Assembly (NCBI GenBank): GCA_040754455.1 | Contig: JBFMCP010000003.1 | Span: forward strand, 32,001-96,000 | Direction of reading: 5' to 3' | Source of the DNA: Nitrospirota bacterium | GTDB taxonomy: Bacteria > Nitrospirota > Thermodesulfovibrionia > Thermodesulfovibrionales > Dissulfurispiraceae | Length of the DNA stretch: 64,000 nucleotides | Shown: piece by piece, positions 61,509 through 64,000 of the stretch | How the letters are laid out: the number at the start of each line of letters is the position of its first letter | Numbering within the stretch: the first letter of the stretch is position 1 | Made by a program: the position numbers and the translations under genes | Notes under the pieces: generated by a model | Databases searched by the model: none | What the model was told of the DNA's origin: nothing | What the model saw: the letters and a program-made list of their open reading frames with translations, nothing else

Positions 61509-62519
61509 TTATCTGGAGGGCACGATCATGGTATGGCTGCAATCCAGGGCCATAGCAGGATGCACAGTGATGGTGAAGGTCGCTCCGTCTTTAGCAACAG
61601 AGACATCGACCGAATCCAGCGTTTTTGCATCGGAATAGCGGGCGCACAACGTGGCAGCACGTGTCAACGCCTCATCCGACACTTCTCCATAGATGAGCGT
61701 CAGCGGGCTCCCGTGCCCCTCGACCCACAGGAGATAGTCACCGCTTCCGGCGAGTGACTCAATCGCCCTATTTTCGATATCGTTCCTGCCTACTACCGCC
61801 TTGCACCTCTCCGAGAGTCTGAAGTGGCGTCCGACACGCAGGAGCTGTATCTCCCGGAGAGGAGGAGAGGGAGTGTGCTGCAGCAGTTCTCTCAATCTAA
61901 GGGAGTAGATCGGGTCCGTCAAAAGGCAGCCTCCGGCAGGGGGGGGATAATCGGTCAGGCCGAACTCCCGTGCCAGGGCAATCTGGGGCTTCCTCGATCG
62001 GCCATGAAAATTGCAAAGCTGCTCTCTATCCACAAGCCCCTGTTGTTCGGGAATGGTCGGTTTGAGCAGTTTGGCGCTGAGCGGTCTCAGGATGTAGCCT
62101 TCGAGCCCCGCTTCCTTATCGATCCTGGGGAAGGTATCTTTCCTCTGGCTCATGGGCCGCTGCCCCAGCACCTCGCCGGTGATAATGAAATCTGCACTGC
62201 GCATACGCATGAGCTCTTTTGCCTCTCTCAGCATCAGTATCCTGCAATCCATGCAGGGGTTCATGTTCTTGCCGTGGCCGAACTTCGGATGCTTTACGAT
62301 CTCGATGAATTTGTCGGCGAGATGGCAGAGCTTCACCTCGAACCCGAACTGCGCTGCGGCGGCAAAAGGATTTTTCGAGCAGGATGACCGGTCGGACGTA
62401 TCGCAGCCGAAATGGGTCAGAAAGGTGACGGCCGTCACCTCGATCCCCTGCCGCATGGCAACGAGGATAGCGAGGGTGCTGTCGAGGCCGCCTGAATATA
62501 ATGCAATCGCTTGAGCCAT
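61509..62519 (-). CDS. ThiI/MnmA-like PP-loop tRNA thiolation family protein with C-terminal DUF814-like domain
   Basis: SGGLDS, NPCMDCR, TGEVLGQRPMSQ, PAGGCLLT, GRHFR. Confidence 0.85.
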   Translation of the reverse strand: MAQAIALYSGGLDSTLAILVAMRQGIEVTAVTFLTHFGCDTSDRSSCSKNPFAAAAQFGFEVKLCHLADKFIEIVKHPKFGHGKNMNPCMDCRILMLREAKELMRMRSADFIITGEVLGQRPMSQRKDTFPRIDKEAGLEGYILRPLSAKLLKPTIPEQQGLVDREQLCNFHGRSRKPQIALAREFGLTDYPPPAGGCLLTDPIYSLRLRELLQHTPSPPLREIQLLRVGRHFRLSERCKAVVGRNDIENRAIESLAGSGDYLLWVEGHGSPLTLIYGEVSDEALTRAATLCARYSDAKTLDSVDVSVAKDGATFTITVHPAMALDCSHTMIVPSR

Positions 62520-62532
62520 ATTATTTATACTA

Positions 62533-62662
62533 CCAAATTCCAAATTCAACATCTCAAACTATAAACACATTCAGGAATAAAGATGTTTTGCATTTTTAAG
62601 CATTCGAGCTTGTTTGGATTTTAGAATTTTGTGTTTGTTTGAGATTTGAGATTTGGAATTTA
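62533..62662. repeat. AAATCC-type inverted heptamer element, copy 4
   Basis: CAAATTC CAAATTC AACATCT CAAACTA ... TTTGTTTGAGATTTGAGATTTGGAATTT; ends at the hldE stop codon. Confidence 0.75.
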
Positions 62663-63649
62663 CGTGCGTTTGCTTTCTGTAAGTGATCGTAACAGCAAAT
62701 CGGGAGTTGCGACGGCCGTCCCCACCTCACCGACGACAATGCCGGCTGCATGGTTCGCCATGATCGCCGCATTCTTGTGCGATGCCCCGGCGGTATGGGC
62801 AAGGGTGAATGTTGCAATAACCGTGTCGCCCGCTCCGGTGACATCGAAGACCTTCTTTGCGACCGTCGGGATATGCGTTATCATGACCTCCTTCGCCCTG
62901 CCCCGCTCGAAAAGACTCATGCCTTCTTCACCGCGGGTGATGAGCACCGATTTGCACGAGAGCCTGCTCAGCAGTGTCTTTCCTGCCTTTATCAGGCTCT
63001 CCTCACTCTTGATCTCGATGCCCGATCCCTGGGATGCCTCCATGAGGTTCGGCGTAATAAGCGAGACCTTTTTATACAAATGGAAATGCCCCACCTTGGG
63101 GTCAACGGCAATAAAGGTAGTATTCTGGCGGGCCGCGTTGACAAGCACTCGAATCAGCTCAGCTGAGACGACCCCCTTTTTATAATCAGACACGATAACC
63201 GCGTCATGCTCCTTTATCGCCTTCTTAACGAACTCGAGGAGCTGCGTAAGGCTTTTCCCCTCGAGCTTCCTCTTATCCTCCCTATCAAATCTCACGACCT
63301 GCTGATGGTGGGCAATGACCCGCGCCTTTACTGTTGTGGGACGTTTGTCCTCGATCACGCCGTCGATGGCAACCCGCTTCTCTTCCAGCAATTCCTTCAG
63401 AATCCTTCCCGCAGTATCTTTGCCGACAATCCCTGCAATCGATGCCGTTCCGCCCAGGGCAATAACATTATTGGCTACATTTGTGGCGCCGCCCAGGAGG
63501 AAGGTCTCGTTCACCACATCGACGACCGGCACAGGCGCCTCGGGAGAAATTCTGCTGACCTTGCCGAAGATATACCGGTCGAGGATCAGATCGCCGATGA
63601 TGAGTATCTTTTTATTCCTGAAGGAATTGATAATGCCAGCAAAGCCCAT
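62660..63649 (-). CDS. rfaE1: D-glycero-beta-D-manno-heptose-7-phosphate kinase (RfaE1/HldE kinase domain)
   Basis: RISPEAPVPVV, SDYKKG, ITPN..EA, TRGEEGM, DVTGAGDTV. Confidence 0.95.
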   Translation of the reverse strand: MGFAGIINSFRNKKILIIGDLILDRYIFGKVSRISPEAPVPVVDVVNETFLLGGATNVANNVIALGGTASIAGIVGKDTAGRILKELLEEKRVAIDGVIEDKRPTTVKARVIAHHQQVVRFDREDKRKLEGKSLTQLLEFVKKAIKEHDAVIVSDYKKGVVSAELIRVLVNAARQNTTFIAVDPKVGHFHLYKKVSLITPNLMEASQGSGIEIKSEESLIKAGKTLLSRLSCKSVLITRGEEGMSLFERGRAKEVMITHIPTVAKKVFDVTGAGDTVIATFTLAHTAGASHKNAAIMANHAAGIVVGEVGTAVATPDLLLRSLTESKRT

Positions 63650-63751
63650 CTAACAAAATAACTTATAGCGCGAACCGGTTGCAAGTAGGGAGGCTGCAAG
63701 GTGTCGTAAATTTGACTTTTGCCGGCGGGATTGTATAATCTTTATAGAATT

Positions 63752-64000
63752 ATGGAGTATTCAGCGTTTCAGTTAATTCTTCAAGCAGGATATGTTGTCA
63801 AGGCAGTCTTAGCGATCCTCTTCCTCTTTTCCGTCGTATCGTGGGCGATCATTTTTCACAAATGGCGCCACTTTGCGAAGGCGGACCAGGAGACCCATGA
63901 TTTTCTGAGGGCCTACGAGGCGACGCAGCATCCAAAAGATCTCTTTGCACCGGCAAAAAAATATCTGGTCAGTCCGCTTGCAAGCCTCTTCAAATCAGTT
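63752..64000 (+). CDS. tolQ: TolQ/ExbB family proton-channel protein, 5' part
   Basis: MEYSAFQLILQAGYVVKAVLAILFLFSVVSWAIIFHKW; upstream TTGACT-N16-TATAAT. Confidence 0.8.
   Translation, partial: MEYSAFQLILQAGYVVKAVLAILFLFSVVSWAIIFHKWRHFAKADQETHDFLRAYEATQHPKDLFAPAKKYLVSPLASLFKSV

Overview
Core-chromosome window from an anaerobic Gram-negative bacterium. Gene content and order suggest Nitrospirota/Thermodesulfovibrionia or a Desulfobacterota-like lineage (inference only). From left to right it holds: pgk-gap-DUF1015; a c-heme sensor kinase plus sigma54 activator upstream of a YeiH-family exporter; nrdR-glyA-rpiB; argDF; a Wood-Ljungdahl methyl-branch cluster (cooC, 5-formyl-THF cyclo-ligase, folE, folD, hdrCBA-mvhD-metV-metF); a type IV pilus locus (pilC, pilRS, pilA, fimU/pilVWX/pilY1); bamA-skp-lpxD-fabZ-lpxA-lpxI; DUF3842-cooT-HD-lipoate ligase; serS; a fliK/flhB-like pair; a decayed accessory patch beside tRNA-Met carrying higBA and several gene remnants; hisAF; an HDOD/hybrid kinase operon; thiI-like, hldE and tolQ. 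Main observations missing from the ORF track: (1) mvhD reads through an in-frame TGA at a conserved Fe-S Cys position followed by a SECIS-like hairpin, so it is a probable selenoprotein; (2) three sigma54 promoters, each with its own palindromic enhancer candidate; (3) dispersed heptamer/octamer repeat elements, both intergenic and in-frame inside genes; (4) a 1.2-kb integrase-less islet bounded by a tRNA 3'-end duplication; (5) many apparently leaderless operon starts. All calls come from reading motifs by eye, with no database searches.
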